Shown: positions 1 to 8,300 of the stretch, one piece after another
Position numbering within the stretch: position 1 is the stretch's first letter
Layout: each line of letters starts with the position of its first letter
Notes under the pieces: generated by a model
The model's input: only the letters and a program-made list of their open reading frames with translations
Databases searched by the model: none
Told to the model about the DNA's origin: nothing
NCBI RefSeq assembly: GCF_006345805.1
Contig: NW_021825768.1
Span: 1-14,591 of the forward strand
Length of the DNA stretch: 14,591 nt
Origin: Octopus sinensis
Taxonomy: Eukaryota
Direction of reading: 5' to 3'
Program-made: the position numbers and the translations under genes

Positions 1-267
1 TACGCATTTATACGTATGTACATATATGCATTATAGATACATCTATATATACATATATTCATACATTATACATATATAATATATATATAATATATATATA
101 TATATATCTATATCTATATATCTATATATAATATCTATAATATAATATGTGTGTGTGTATATACTATATATATATATATATACACATGTATATACATAGA
201 TATGTACATATATATACATATATATGTACAGTGTGTTGTGTGGTGTGTGTGTATGTATATATGTATA

Positions 268-312
<45 letters not shown>

Positions 313-338
313 ATATATATATATACATACATACATAT
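1..338. repeat. Compound (TA)n/(TG)n/(CATA)n microsatellite
   Basis: Directly visible dinucleotide and tetranucleotide runs; they produce the spurious YIYI ORFs. Confidence 0.97.
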
Positions 339-479
339 ACTATTAAACCTTTTATTCGAGATATGGGCTGTGACTGAGAAGTGCTGAGAATGAGTCGAGA
401 CTAACGATAATTGAAGAGGAAAACTCAGAAATATAATTTAGGTCAATCAGCAAATTCCCAAACGGAAAACACATAAACC

Positions 480-1728
480 TATTGGGTTGCCCGGAAAGTT
501 CGTGCCGATTTTTAAAGGATAGAAAATGGTCAATAAATACTTGCAATTACATTTTTAATCAACCAAATATGAACCATTTTTTTGCCCAATGCGTCTCCAT
601 CTTTCCTTTAACTTGAAAATACCTTCTTTCCAGAACTGAGGTGGTTTCATGGCAAAGAATTCATCAAGGTATCTTTTTGCGCCATCCAAGAAATTGAAAT
701 TTTTACCAAATAATAAGTGGAAATCCGAAGGAGCAATATCTGGTGAATACAGAGGGTGGAGTAACATATCCATGCCGAGCTGCAGCAAAGAAACGTGCGG
801 TCTTGCATTATCATGTTGTAAAACAACAACCTTCCTGTTGGCCAATTCTAGACGTTTCTCTTGAATTGATGCTTTTAACTCGTCCAGTTGTGTGCAGTAT
901 TTCTCAGAATTAATTGTCTGGTTACTTGGGAGAAGCTCATAGTAGAGAATTCCTTTCCAATCCCACCAGACACAAAGCAATACATTTTTAGGGTGAAGAC
1001 CCGCTTTTGGGATGGCTAAGGGTGGCGCATGTCGCTTACTCCAGGATCGCTTTCTCTGAACATTTCGGTAGATAATCCATTTCTCATCACCTGTCACAAT
1101 TTGCTTTAAAAAGACGCGTTTTCATTCCGTTGATAAAGTGAATCACAAATGGAAATGCGATCCCAAAGGTTCTTTTCACTCAACTCATGTGGTACCCAAA
1201 CATCGTAGCGATTTGTGTACCCAAGCTTTACGAGGTGCTCAGGAACGACGGATTTCGATAGGTTGAGGCTTTCTGACAATTCTCAGGTTGTGCAATGTGC
1301 GTTATTCTCAATTAATGACATGATTTGGTCATCATGTGTAGTGAATTGTCTTCCTGATCGCTCTTTATCAATAAGGCTACAATCTGCAGCTCGGAATCTT
1401 GCGAACCACTACCGTATAGTTATTTCGGATAAAGAAACATCACCGTAAACTGCGCCTATTTCTTCGGTTGCTTGTGAGGCATTTTTCCCTTTACAGAAAA
1501 AGAAAAGCATCAAGTGCCGAAAAAGAACTTTCTTATATTCTTTTTTTAAAGGGTTACAGAATTAACACAGATTATAGGAACATAAACCTTCTTCCACGAA
1601 AAGATAGCTTAAACTGTGCTCTAAATGGAGGTGTAGCCAAATCCTATTTTATGGACTCAACCATGTTCTAAAGTAAGTCGATAGGTAAGCTACTATAAAT
1701 CGGCACAAACTTACCGGAAAACCCAATA
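480..1728 (-). mobile_element. Full-length, inactivated mariner (Tc1/mariner) DNA transposon, mellifera-subfamily-like
   Basis: TA at 480-481 and 1727-1728. 30-bp TIRs: 482-511 TTGGGTTGCCCGGAAAGTTCGTGCCGATTT versus the reverse complement of 1697-1726 TTGGGTTTTCCGGTAAGTTTGTGCCGATTT (4 mismatches). 1245 bp between the TAs. Transposase on the minus strand. Subfamily is judged from remembered motif similarity only. Confidence 0.95.
555..1540 (-). pseudogene. Mariner transposase pseudogene
   Basis: Manual translation gives EYKKVLFRHLMLFFFCKGKNASQA...ERSGR...WVPHEL...TGDEKW...HDNARPH...YSPDIAPSDFHL. Lesions: no ATG at the expected start (~1541-1543); stops at 1409-1411 (TAG) and 1283-1285 (TGA); 1-bp frameshift in the A run at ~1108-1112; only 28 residues between the 2nd and 3rd catalytic Asp instead of 34; a probable second in-frame deletion after FHL. 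Confidence 0.93.
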
Positions 1729-1966
1729 AAATTTTTTTAATATTTAAAAAAATACATATACGTTAATACATGTTAATACAGATCAATACCAATCTATATA
1801 TCAATATATCAATAAAAATATAAATTAAAGGAACGTAAAAATATGCGAGGTGTAAATATGGTGAGTGCAAACAAAAGAAAACATTAACAGAAATAGAAAT
1901 AGAGACTGAAAATAAAATGATAATCGACCTATAGGAAAAGTTACAACAAATATAAATTATATAAGA

Positions 1967-2341
1967 CTAGCAGTATCGCCCGGCGTTGCTCGGGTTTGTA
2001 AGGGAAATAACTATATAAGCATTTTTAGAAAGTTATAGCCAAAAAATAGCAAAAAAATGGAAAAAAAAAATTTTTTAAATCGTTGACTCATCGTAGACAT
2101 TTTTAGAGAGTTACTTCCCTTATATAATAGCGAAAAAATGCATTAAAATGGAAAAAAATTATGGTAATTTTTTTTTAAATCGTAGACTCATCGTAGACGC
2201 GCGCTAACACCCAGAAGGGCTCGATATGAATCACGACTATAAGATACCCGGTTTTGGTTAAACTGCACCGCAAAATGTGGGAGTAGTTAGGAATCTAAAT
2301 CGTTGGAGACAGACACACAACTTCACTTTTATATATAAAGA
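1967..2341 (-). mobile_element. Non-autonomous Helitron-like element, copy 1 (375 bp)
   Basis: The minus strand reads A|TCTTTATATATAAAAG...CCCGAGCAACGCCGGG-CGATACTG-CTAG|T. This gives a 5' TC, a GC-rich imperfect hairpin 8 nt before a 3' CTAG, and insertion between A and T, which are the canonical Helitron termini. A second highly similar copy is at 10550-10930. Confidence 0.8.
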
Positions 2342-2677
2342 TAACAATAGGGAGGCGTCTACGTCATCGAACAGCAAAAATGATACGACAGTTCAGAGAG
2401 TAAAAAACTACATTACTAGAATGGATAAAAAATTTTAATTAAGGATAAAGTCCCGTTATTAGAGGAAATCCATTCGACGAGTACAATTTCGGTAAGGTAA
2501 AAAGTTGAAAAGTTAAACACATCTTTGCAAGTAATGTCCTCTTTCATCAAGAAGACATCCTCCGTAACGAATTACCAACTTTTATCTTGTAAAATTTATA
2601 TATGTTGTAACTTTTAATATACGTAGATTATCATTTTATTTTCGAACTCTATTACTATTTCTGTTAATGTGTTCTAT

Positions 2678-3060
2678 GGAGACGCAATGGCCCAGTGGTT
2701 AGGGCAGCGGACTCGCGGTCGGAGGATCGCGGTTTCGATTCCCAGAACGGGCATTGTAAGTGTTTATTGAGCGAAAACACCTAAAGCTCCACGAGGCTCC
2801 GGCAGGGGGTGGTGGTGAACCCTGCTGTACTCTTTCACCACAACTTTCTCTCACTCTTTCTTCCTGTTTCTCTTGTACCTGTATTTCAAGGGGGCCAGCC
2901 TTGTCACATCATGTGTGTCACGCTGAATCTCCCCGACAACTACGTTAAGAGTACACGTGTCTGTGGAATGCTCAGCCACTTGCACGTTAATATCACGAGC
3001 AAGCTGTTCCGTTGATCGTATCAGTTGGGACCCTCGTCGTCGCAACTGACGGAGTGCTCC
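2678..3060 (+). mobile_element. tRNA-derived SINE, type A (head + body 1)
   Basis: A box TGGCCCAGTGG 2688-2698 and B box GGTTTCGATTCC 2731-2742. The head and first ~110 bp of body are shared with 5353-5650. The end at GACGGAGTGCTCC is approximate. Confidence 0.85.
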
Positions 3061-3377
3061 TATATAATGTGTTCTCTTTCGTTTACACTTCACATATTTT
3101 TACGTTCTTTTATTTTATATGTTTTATTGATATATTCATGTTATGCTTTTATACATATATAGATAGATTTTATTGATCTGTATATTAATTTTTTTAAATA
3201 TTCGAAAAAATTTTATATTTGTTTCCTGTTTGTTTCTGAGTTTCTTCTTCAACAATATATACATATATATATGTAATATATACATATATATACATATATA
3301 TTCTATTTATAAGAGATTAGGAATTATGTACATTATTTACATTTGACGGATATTTGTCCTCATTTTGTTTGTTGTTA

Positions 3378-3421
3378 ACACAACGTTTCGGCTGATATAC
3401 CTTCCAGCCTTCATCAAGTGT
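3378..3421 (-). ncRNA. Minimal type I hammerhead ribozyme (PLE type), C3-to-U mutated
   Basis: ACAC-TTGATGA-A-GGCTG-gaaggtatat-CAGCC-GAAA-C-GTT-GTGT. Stem I is 4 bp, stem II is 5 bp, and stem III is the palindrome AACGTT with no loop. Predicted GUU cleavage lies between 3382 and 3381. The core reads UUGAUGA instead of CUGAUGA (position 3417). Confidence 0.75.
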
Positions 3422-3513
3422 GTTGGGGAAATTTCGAACCTGGGTTCTCATTCCTAAGGTATTTTTCGATGTTGTTGTTGTTATTAATATTATTATTATT
3501 ATTATTATTCAAG

Positions 3514-3579
3514 TTACTGCCTGGAATCGAACTCGGGATCTTCTGGTTAGTAGCCCGCGCTCTTAACCACTTGGGCAAT
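3514..3579 (-). promoter_or_regulatory. tRNA-like segment with Pol III A and B boxes inside the PLE 3' tail
   Basis: Minus strand ATTGCCCAAGTGGTTAAGAGCGCGGGCTACTAACCAGAAGATCCCGAGTTCGATTCCAGGCAGT. A box at 3567-3578 and B box GAGTTCGATTCC at 3523-3534. The arms pair poorly, so it is not a functional tRNA. Confidence 0.75.
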
Positions 3580-3599
3580 TATGGAGTGAATTTTAGAGC

Positions 3600-3985
3600 T
3601 TATAAATCTAATATTTTCCTATCCTTCCTTAATACTGGTTCCCATATGCTATTCATATCTGCACTCGGTCTGCTTAGGAGGTTGTTGTGTCCTAGCATAT
3701 GTGCTGGTTATTTTAGTTTTCGTATTTTCCAGTGGTGTTCTCAGTCTATTATTTTACCTTCATCCCACAGGAGGAGGTGGTCTCCATTTTCCCATACATG
3801 ATCAGCTATACCCGATTTATCAATATCTCCTCTTGTCACAGCTTTGCGATGTTCCTCTATCCTTATTTTGAAGAGGCGGCATGTTTCACCTTTGTATAAA
3901 CCTACCACAGCTGCATGTGATGGAGTTCACGCAGTTTTTGGGTCATATTCTCTTCTATTGGTGGTTTTACTCGAAGGAGATATTT
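3600..3985 (-). pseudogene. PLE GIY-YIG endonuclease C-terminal domain, degraded
   Basis: Translation with two 1-bp frameshifts (~3940 and ~3899): KYLLRVKPPIEENMTKNCVNSITCSCGRLYKGETCRLFKIRIEEHRKAVTRGDIDKSGIADHVWENGDHLLLWDEGKIID*EHHWKIRKLK*PAHMLGHNNLLSRPSADMNSIWEPVLRKDRKILDL*. It has the V(Y)xIxCxCG..YxGET and RxxEH motifs typical of PLE endonucleases. Confidence 0.88.
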
Positions 3986-4055
3986 ATACAACACTTCGCA
4001 AATATCTGTTATCAACAAGCAAGATGAGGACAAATGTCCGTCAAATGTAAATAAT

Positions 4056-4088
4056 ATAATATATATATATATATATATATTATATATT

Positions 4089-4136
<48 letters not shown>

Positions 4137-4194
4137 TATATATTTATGTGTATATATATATTATATATGTATATATATATATGTATGTATGTAG

Positions 4195-4254
<60 letters not shown>

Positions 4255-4335
4255 ATTTACATTTGATGGAATATATGTGTGTATGAATATATATAAATAT
4301 GTATGTATGTAAATATATATGTATATATATATAAT

Positions 4336-4366
<31 letters not shown>

Positions 4367-4399
4367 TATATATATATTATATATATATACATGCATATG
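4056..4399. repeat. (TA)n-rich microsatellite interrupted by a PLE terminal fragment
   Basis: Visible TA/ATGT runs at 4056-4249 and 4272-4399. Confidence 0.95.
4250..4270 (-). mobile_element. 21-nt terminal fragment of the same PLE tail
   Basis: ACATTATTTACATTTGATGGA matches 3330-3350 with 1 mismatch. Confidence 0.6.
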
Positions 4400-5068
4400 C
4401 ATAAAAAAATTGACAAAATAAAAACGATTTAAAGTAAAAACAATATATAAATGTAAAAATTTATGCAAAAATAAAGAAATATGAAATAGATAAACAAATA
4501 AGTAAATAAAATAACGTTGTGTGCCTAAGACGGAAATGAGTCCCGGAATGGGTTCTCGTTGAAAAAAAAAAAAGCAAAAAAGGAAAACACGAGTGTCAGT
4601 TGTGACGCTTCGACAGCTACTCATTATTGCTATCAACTTCCATTTCGCCTATTCCTCCTCCTCCTCATCATCATCATCATAAGGATCATTATCAGCAGCT
4701 GATGCAGCAAGCAGGTGCAGCAGAAAAGCTGTGGTAGCGGTAGTCACATGTACAGCAGCAAAGATCAGTTGCTCTCTCTAGCTAAAGCAGTTGTCAACTG
4801 ATGCGGTAATTGTTAGCTTCTGGTCATTCTGTCATGGCCTGGGAATGAACAACGAGCTGAAGAGGGTTTGTGTATGTTCTACAGTGATTTTTTTATGCTA
4901 TTTCTCTTTCCGTTTACTTTTCGTTTCTTTTTCTTTTGTTTTTTTTTATGATTTTTTGCATGCTGACCACAATGGATGTTCACGGTAAAACAAGCACATG
5001 AAAAAAAAAATCTTACAGACAACTGTGTAAATAAATAAATGTATGAGCGGTTGTGAGTATGTGGGTGT

Positions 5069-5297
5069 ATGTATATATATATATATATATATATAACATA
5101 GTGTGTGGCATGTTTATTCATAATAAATTTATATATCTGTATTTATACCCCATACGCGCACACTCAAACATACACGAATAATATAAATATAATTATATAT
5201 ATATGTATATATATATATATATATAATAATTCATATATATATACATATATATATCTATATATATATATATATATTATATATATATATATATATATAT

Positions 5298-5344
<47 letters not shown>

Positions 5345-5352
5345 ATATATAT
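5069..5352. repeat. (TA)n-rich microsatellite region
   Basis: Visible TA runs at ~5069-5095 and ~5180-5352. Confidence 0.92.
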
Positions 5353-5649
5353 GGAGGGCAATGGGCATAGTAGTTAGGCAGCGGACTCGCGGTCGTAGGA
5401 TCGCGGTTTCGTCCAGACGGGGTGTTGTTGTGTTTATTGAGCGAAAAACACCTAAAGCTCCACTAGGCTCCGGCAGGGTCGGTGGCTGTTCCCTGTTGTA
5501 CTCTTTCGCTCAACTTCTCTACTCTTTATTCTGTTGCCTGCTCGCCTAGCCAGGGGGTGGCGTCATTGATGGCTTAAAACAATGCGAAGCGCATGTGACC
5601 AGCGATGTGCAGCAAACATATGAAGCTGGCGGTCACGGTGATCACGGTG

Positions 5650-5650
<1 letters not shown>
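5353..5650 (+). mobile_element. tRNA-derived SINE, type B (same head as type A, different 3' body)
   Basis: GGAGGGCAATGGGCATAGTAGTTAGGCAGCGGACTCGCGGTCGTAGGATCGCGGTTTCG aligns to 2678-2745, and similarity continues to ~5530. The rest is unrelated and ends in a GGTCACGGTGATCACGGTGA short repeat. Flanked by (TA)n on both sides. Confidence 0.82.
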
Positions 5651-5709
<59 letters not shown>

Positions 5710-5720
5710 ATATACATATA
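5651..5720. repeat. (TA)n microsatellite
   Basis: Nearly pure TA run. Confidence 0.97.
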
Positions 5721-5725
5721 TAACC

Positions 5726-5919
5726 TTTATCTTTTACTTCAGTCATTAGACTGCGGCCATGCTGGGGCACCACCTTGAATGAAGTTAGTCGTTGAATGAA
5801 TTTAATTTTTAAACCTAGGACTTATTCTATCTTCTTTTTTGTTGAACCGCTTATTTTCAGAGGCACAAACACACCAACACCGGTTGTCAAGCAGTGATGA
5901 TGGACAAACACAAAGACAC
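5726..5919 (-). mobile_element. 3' half of SINE type C (headless)
   Basis: Aligns by eye to 12952-13150 (GGCCATGCTGGxGCACCxCCTT; CCTAGxACTTATTCTATC; AAACACACCAxCAxCGGTTxTCAAGC; GGACAAACAC). Confidence 0.8.
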
Positions 5920-6167
5920 GCACATATAATATACATACATATACCCAAGCCTATTCTCTTTTTTTCTTAGGAGGGTTTAGCCACAGTAAGACAGACACCA
6001 GGCATTCCATTCATTTCCCAGCTCAAAGGGGCTAGCCCCGTTCTATGTTCGAGTCTAGGCATAGGACGGAACCCCTAATTTCAGCAGCGGAGCCCGCCAG
6101 AATATACTGGTTTACCCCCGCCGCATCATGCTGATTCCGTACCCCTTTGTGCAACATCAAAATTCCC

Positions 6168-7134
6168 TCATCCGTCCACAAACACCCTCCATGCTTTCCT
6201 ATCATTTATAAACTCCCTTGCCTCTCTCACTCCAACACCTATAACTACCAAAGCTTTCCTCTCTCCATCCATCCACATAAACCGAAGTCTGCCTCTGGTT
6301 CTGCTGCCGACCACTTCAGCTTTCATCCCCCTCCTTACTATCCGTTCCTTATACATGTTCTCCATGTGGCCAAACCATCTCAACATTCTTGTATCCAATT
6401 TGATACTTAGTTTCTCTTTCATTCCTACTCGTCTTCGCACCTCCTCATTCTTCATCCTGTCCATCCGTGTCACACCAACCATAGCCCTCAAATATCTCAT
6501 CCCAAACACATCTAGTCACCTTCTTTCCATGTGGCCAAACCATCTCAACATTCTTGTATCCAATTTGGTACTTAGTTTCTCTTTCATTCCTACTCGTCTT
6601 CGCACCTCCTCATTCTTCATCCTGTCCATCCGTGTCACACCAACCATAGCCCTCAAATATCTCATCCCAAACACATCTAGTCACCTTCTTTCCATGTGGC
6701 CAAACCATCTCAATATTCTTGTATCCAATTTGGTACTTAGTTTCTCTTTCATTCCTACTCGTCTTCGCACCTCCTCATTCTTCATCCTGTCCATCCGTGT
6801 CACACCAACCATAGCCCTCAAATATCTCATCCCAAACACATCTAGTCACCTTCTTTCCACCTCTCTCAGTCCCCCACATCTCTGCACCATATAACATTGT
6901 CGGCACAATGCCGCCCTCATACACACCTCTTTTCGCTTTCATACTCAACCTTTTATTTCTCAGCATACCTTTCACAACCCCAAGTATCTTACTACTCTTC
7001 CTCAATCTGTATCCCACCTCCTCAGCCAACTCCCCATCCGCTGTCACATGTGGTCTTAGATACTTAAAAACACTCACCATTTATACTCACATCTATCCGA
7101 CCAGCCTTCCTATCTCTCGAACATCTCCTCTTCC
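6168..7134 (-). pseudogene. RTE ORF2 C-terminal fragment (end of reverse transcriptase plus C-terminal domain), disrupted
   Basis: VSVFKYL..VTADGELAEEVGYRL...IVPTMLYGAEMW | LREVERR*LDVFGMRYLRAMVGVTRMDRMKNEEVRRRVG...LRWFGHMENM...RGRLRFMWMDG...RKAWR. The FKYLG, LYGAExW, LRWFGHxxR and RGRPR motifs are typical of RTE. A +1 frameshift lies in the C run at 6871-6875, and the TGA stop is repeated in each tandem unit. Confidence 0.88.
6361..6855. repeat. Three tandem copies of a 165-bp (55-codon) segment of the RTE ORF
   Basis: TCCATGTGGCC starts at 6361, 6526 and 6691 (period 165). The only differences seen are TTTGATAC (copy 1) versus TTTGGTAC (copies 2, 3) and CAACATTC (copies 1, 2) versus CAATATTC (copy 3). 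Confidence 0.97.
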
Positions 7135-7195
<61 letters not shown>

Positions 7196-7222
7196 TTGTG
7201 TGTGTGTGTGTGGTGTGTGTGT
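7135..7222. repeat. (TA)n-(TG)n microsatellite
   Basis: Directly visible. Confidence 0.96.
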
Positions 7223-7528
7223 CATAAAAGCATATTTTTATGAGATAGTAATAGTTTCAGGCCATGAAAGCATTTCAGACAGCATTTTTCAACACATCTG
7301 GTGTTTTCATGCAATCCTCAAGCTCTGCCCATATGGCACAACAATATAAAACAAAACGATAAGATGAGCCAAAGAACGAAATGAAAGGGAGAAGGAAGTA
7401 GATGTAAAAGTTGAAAGGTTGAAAAACTGGAAAGCAAAAGCGAAAATAGAAAAAAGAAGACGGCGAGAATATGAGTTTTCACTACTTGGAATTTTAGTTG
7501 AACAGGGATTTTGGTTGAACAATCATTT

Positions 7529-7624
7529 CCAGGACTTACACTTTGTTAGTCTAGTACCTATTCTATCGGTCCCTTTTGTCGAACAGCTAGGATATGGTGA
7601 TATAAACATACCAACATCAGTTGT
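7529..7624 (-). mobile_element. Internal fragment of SINE type C 3' half
   Basis: CCAGGACTTACACTTTGTTAGTCTAGTACCTATTCTATCGGTCCCTTTTGTCGAACAGCTA aligns to 13024-13085. Confidence 0.75.
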
Positions 7625-8300
7625 GTGGGATAGGGGTTGAGTGTAGGGTAGGGGATAGGGTTGTATCAATAAAGATAGGAGGTGGGTAGGAGTGAAGAGA
7701 GGAATAGGTGTCAGATGAAGAAAGGAAGTGGGTGCCAGACAGATGAGGAGAAGTGGGGAGTTGGATCCATGTGACACAAAGGAGCGAAGCGAGAAAATTA
7801 ATTCTTGTTCACGGTGAAGGCGGGAGTCCGGATGGCCCGTGTGTGAATGTAGTCCGAACACAGACAGATGTTGCAGTGAATGACCGGTAGAGCAGAAATG
7901 GCGCCGTACCGGTCATTGCCGAGGTGATGTCTCGGAGGTGCTCAACGAACCGGTCAGCTAAGCGGCGTCCCGTTTGATCGAAGTACAGGGAAGAGCAGAA
8001 TGAGCAGGAGCTGCAGTAAATGACGTTACTGGAAGTGCAAGTAAAGAAGCCGATGATGTTATATGAAAGATGATGGGTGCCTGTGAGGATGGTGGTGCTG
8101 GAGAGGCAGGGTATGATAGGGTGGGTGGAAGCAGGGAAACGAGCCAGACAAGGAAGTAGGGTTAGGTCACGTAGGTTGTGGGCTCGTTTGAAGGAGGGAA
8201 GAAGTAGGTTGGGGAAAATGTACGAGGTGGAGGGATCGGACTGGAGTCGCCGGAAGGCTCAGAGAATGGTGCGTTGGAGGAGTAGAGTAGAGTGAGGGGA
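7625..8300 (-). mobile_element. Fragment of a second, Neptune-like Penelope retroelement (linker + GIY-YIG + pyrimidine-rich 3' UTR)
   Basis: Translation: LQRTIL*AFRRLQSDPSTSYIF...SFKRAHNLRDL...FFTCTSSNVIYCSSCSFCSSLYFDQTGRRLADRFVEHLRDI, then after a frameshift RHFCSTGHSLQHLSVFGLHSHTGHPDSRLHREQELIFSLRSFVSHGSN. The FTCxSxNVIYCxxCxxC..Y(IG)xT.R.L..RF.EH, RHF...GH and EQxLIFxL...PxGLN patterns fit Neptune-type PLE endonucleases. Stop at 8259-8261. Boundaries are approximate. Confidence 0.85.

Larger units (their letters stand above)
3330..4055 (-). mobile_element. 5'-truncated Penelope-like retroelement with inverted terminal tail copy
   Basis: GIY-YIG remnant at 3600-3985, then a 3' tail with a tRNA-like segment, (AAT)n/(AAC)n and a hammerhead core. 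The terminal 49 nt (3332-3380) recur inverted at 4007-4055 with 45/49 identity. Confidence 0.88.
5935..7134 (-). mobile_element. 5'-truncated RTE-clade LINE
   Basis: ORF2 C-terminal remnant at 6168-7134, a ~225-bp 3' UTR, and an (ATGT)n-like tail at ~5935-5943. The 5' end abuts (TA)n at 7135. Confidence 0.88.

Noticed and set aside
43-387. YIYI/HTHT/VCVC-type ORFs here and at 4144-4636, 5105-5377, 11469-11867, 12119-12890, 13358-13834 and 14320-14591
   Set aside because: They are translations of TA/TG/CA microsatellites, which lack stop codons in some frames; no coding signal.
2678-2750. tRNA genes here and at 3514-3579, 5353-5420 and 13290-13358
   Set aside because: A/B boxes are present but the cloverleaf arms do not pair properly, and each continues into a repeat body; they are SINE-type heads.
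4606-4737. Short frame encoding PPPPHHHHHKDHYQQLMQQ
   Set aside because: Only 44 codons between stops, driven by CCT/CAT/CAG microsatellites, with no convincing splice sites.
4857-4863. CTGAAGA hammerhead-like core; also CTGATGA at 9096-9102
   Set aside because: No closing stem II followed by GAAA downstream.
6361-6855. CRISPR-like array
   Set aside because: The units are contiguous 165-bp repeats with no spacers, in a eukaryotic LINE context.
6355-6894. 179-aa plus-strand ORF with a 55-aa repeat
   Set aside because: It is the antisense frame of the triplicated RTE segment.
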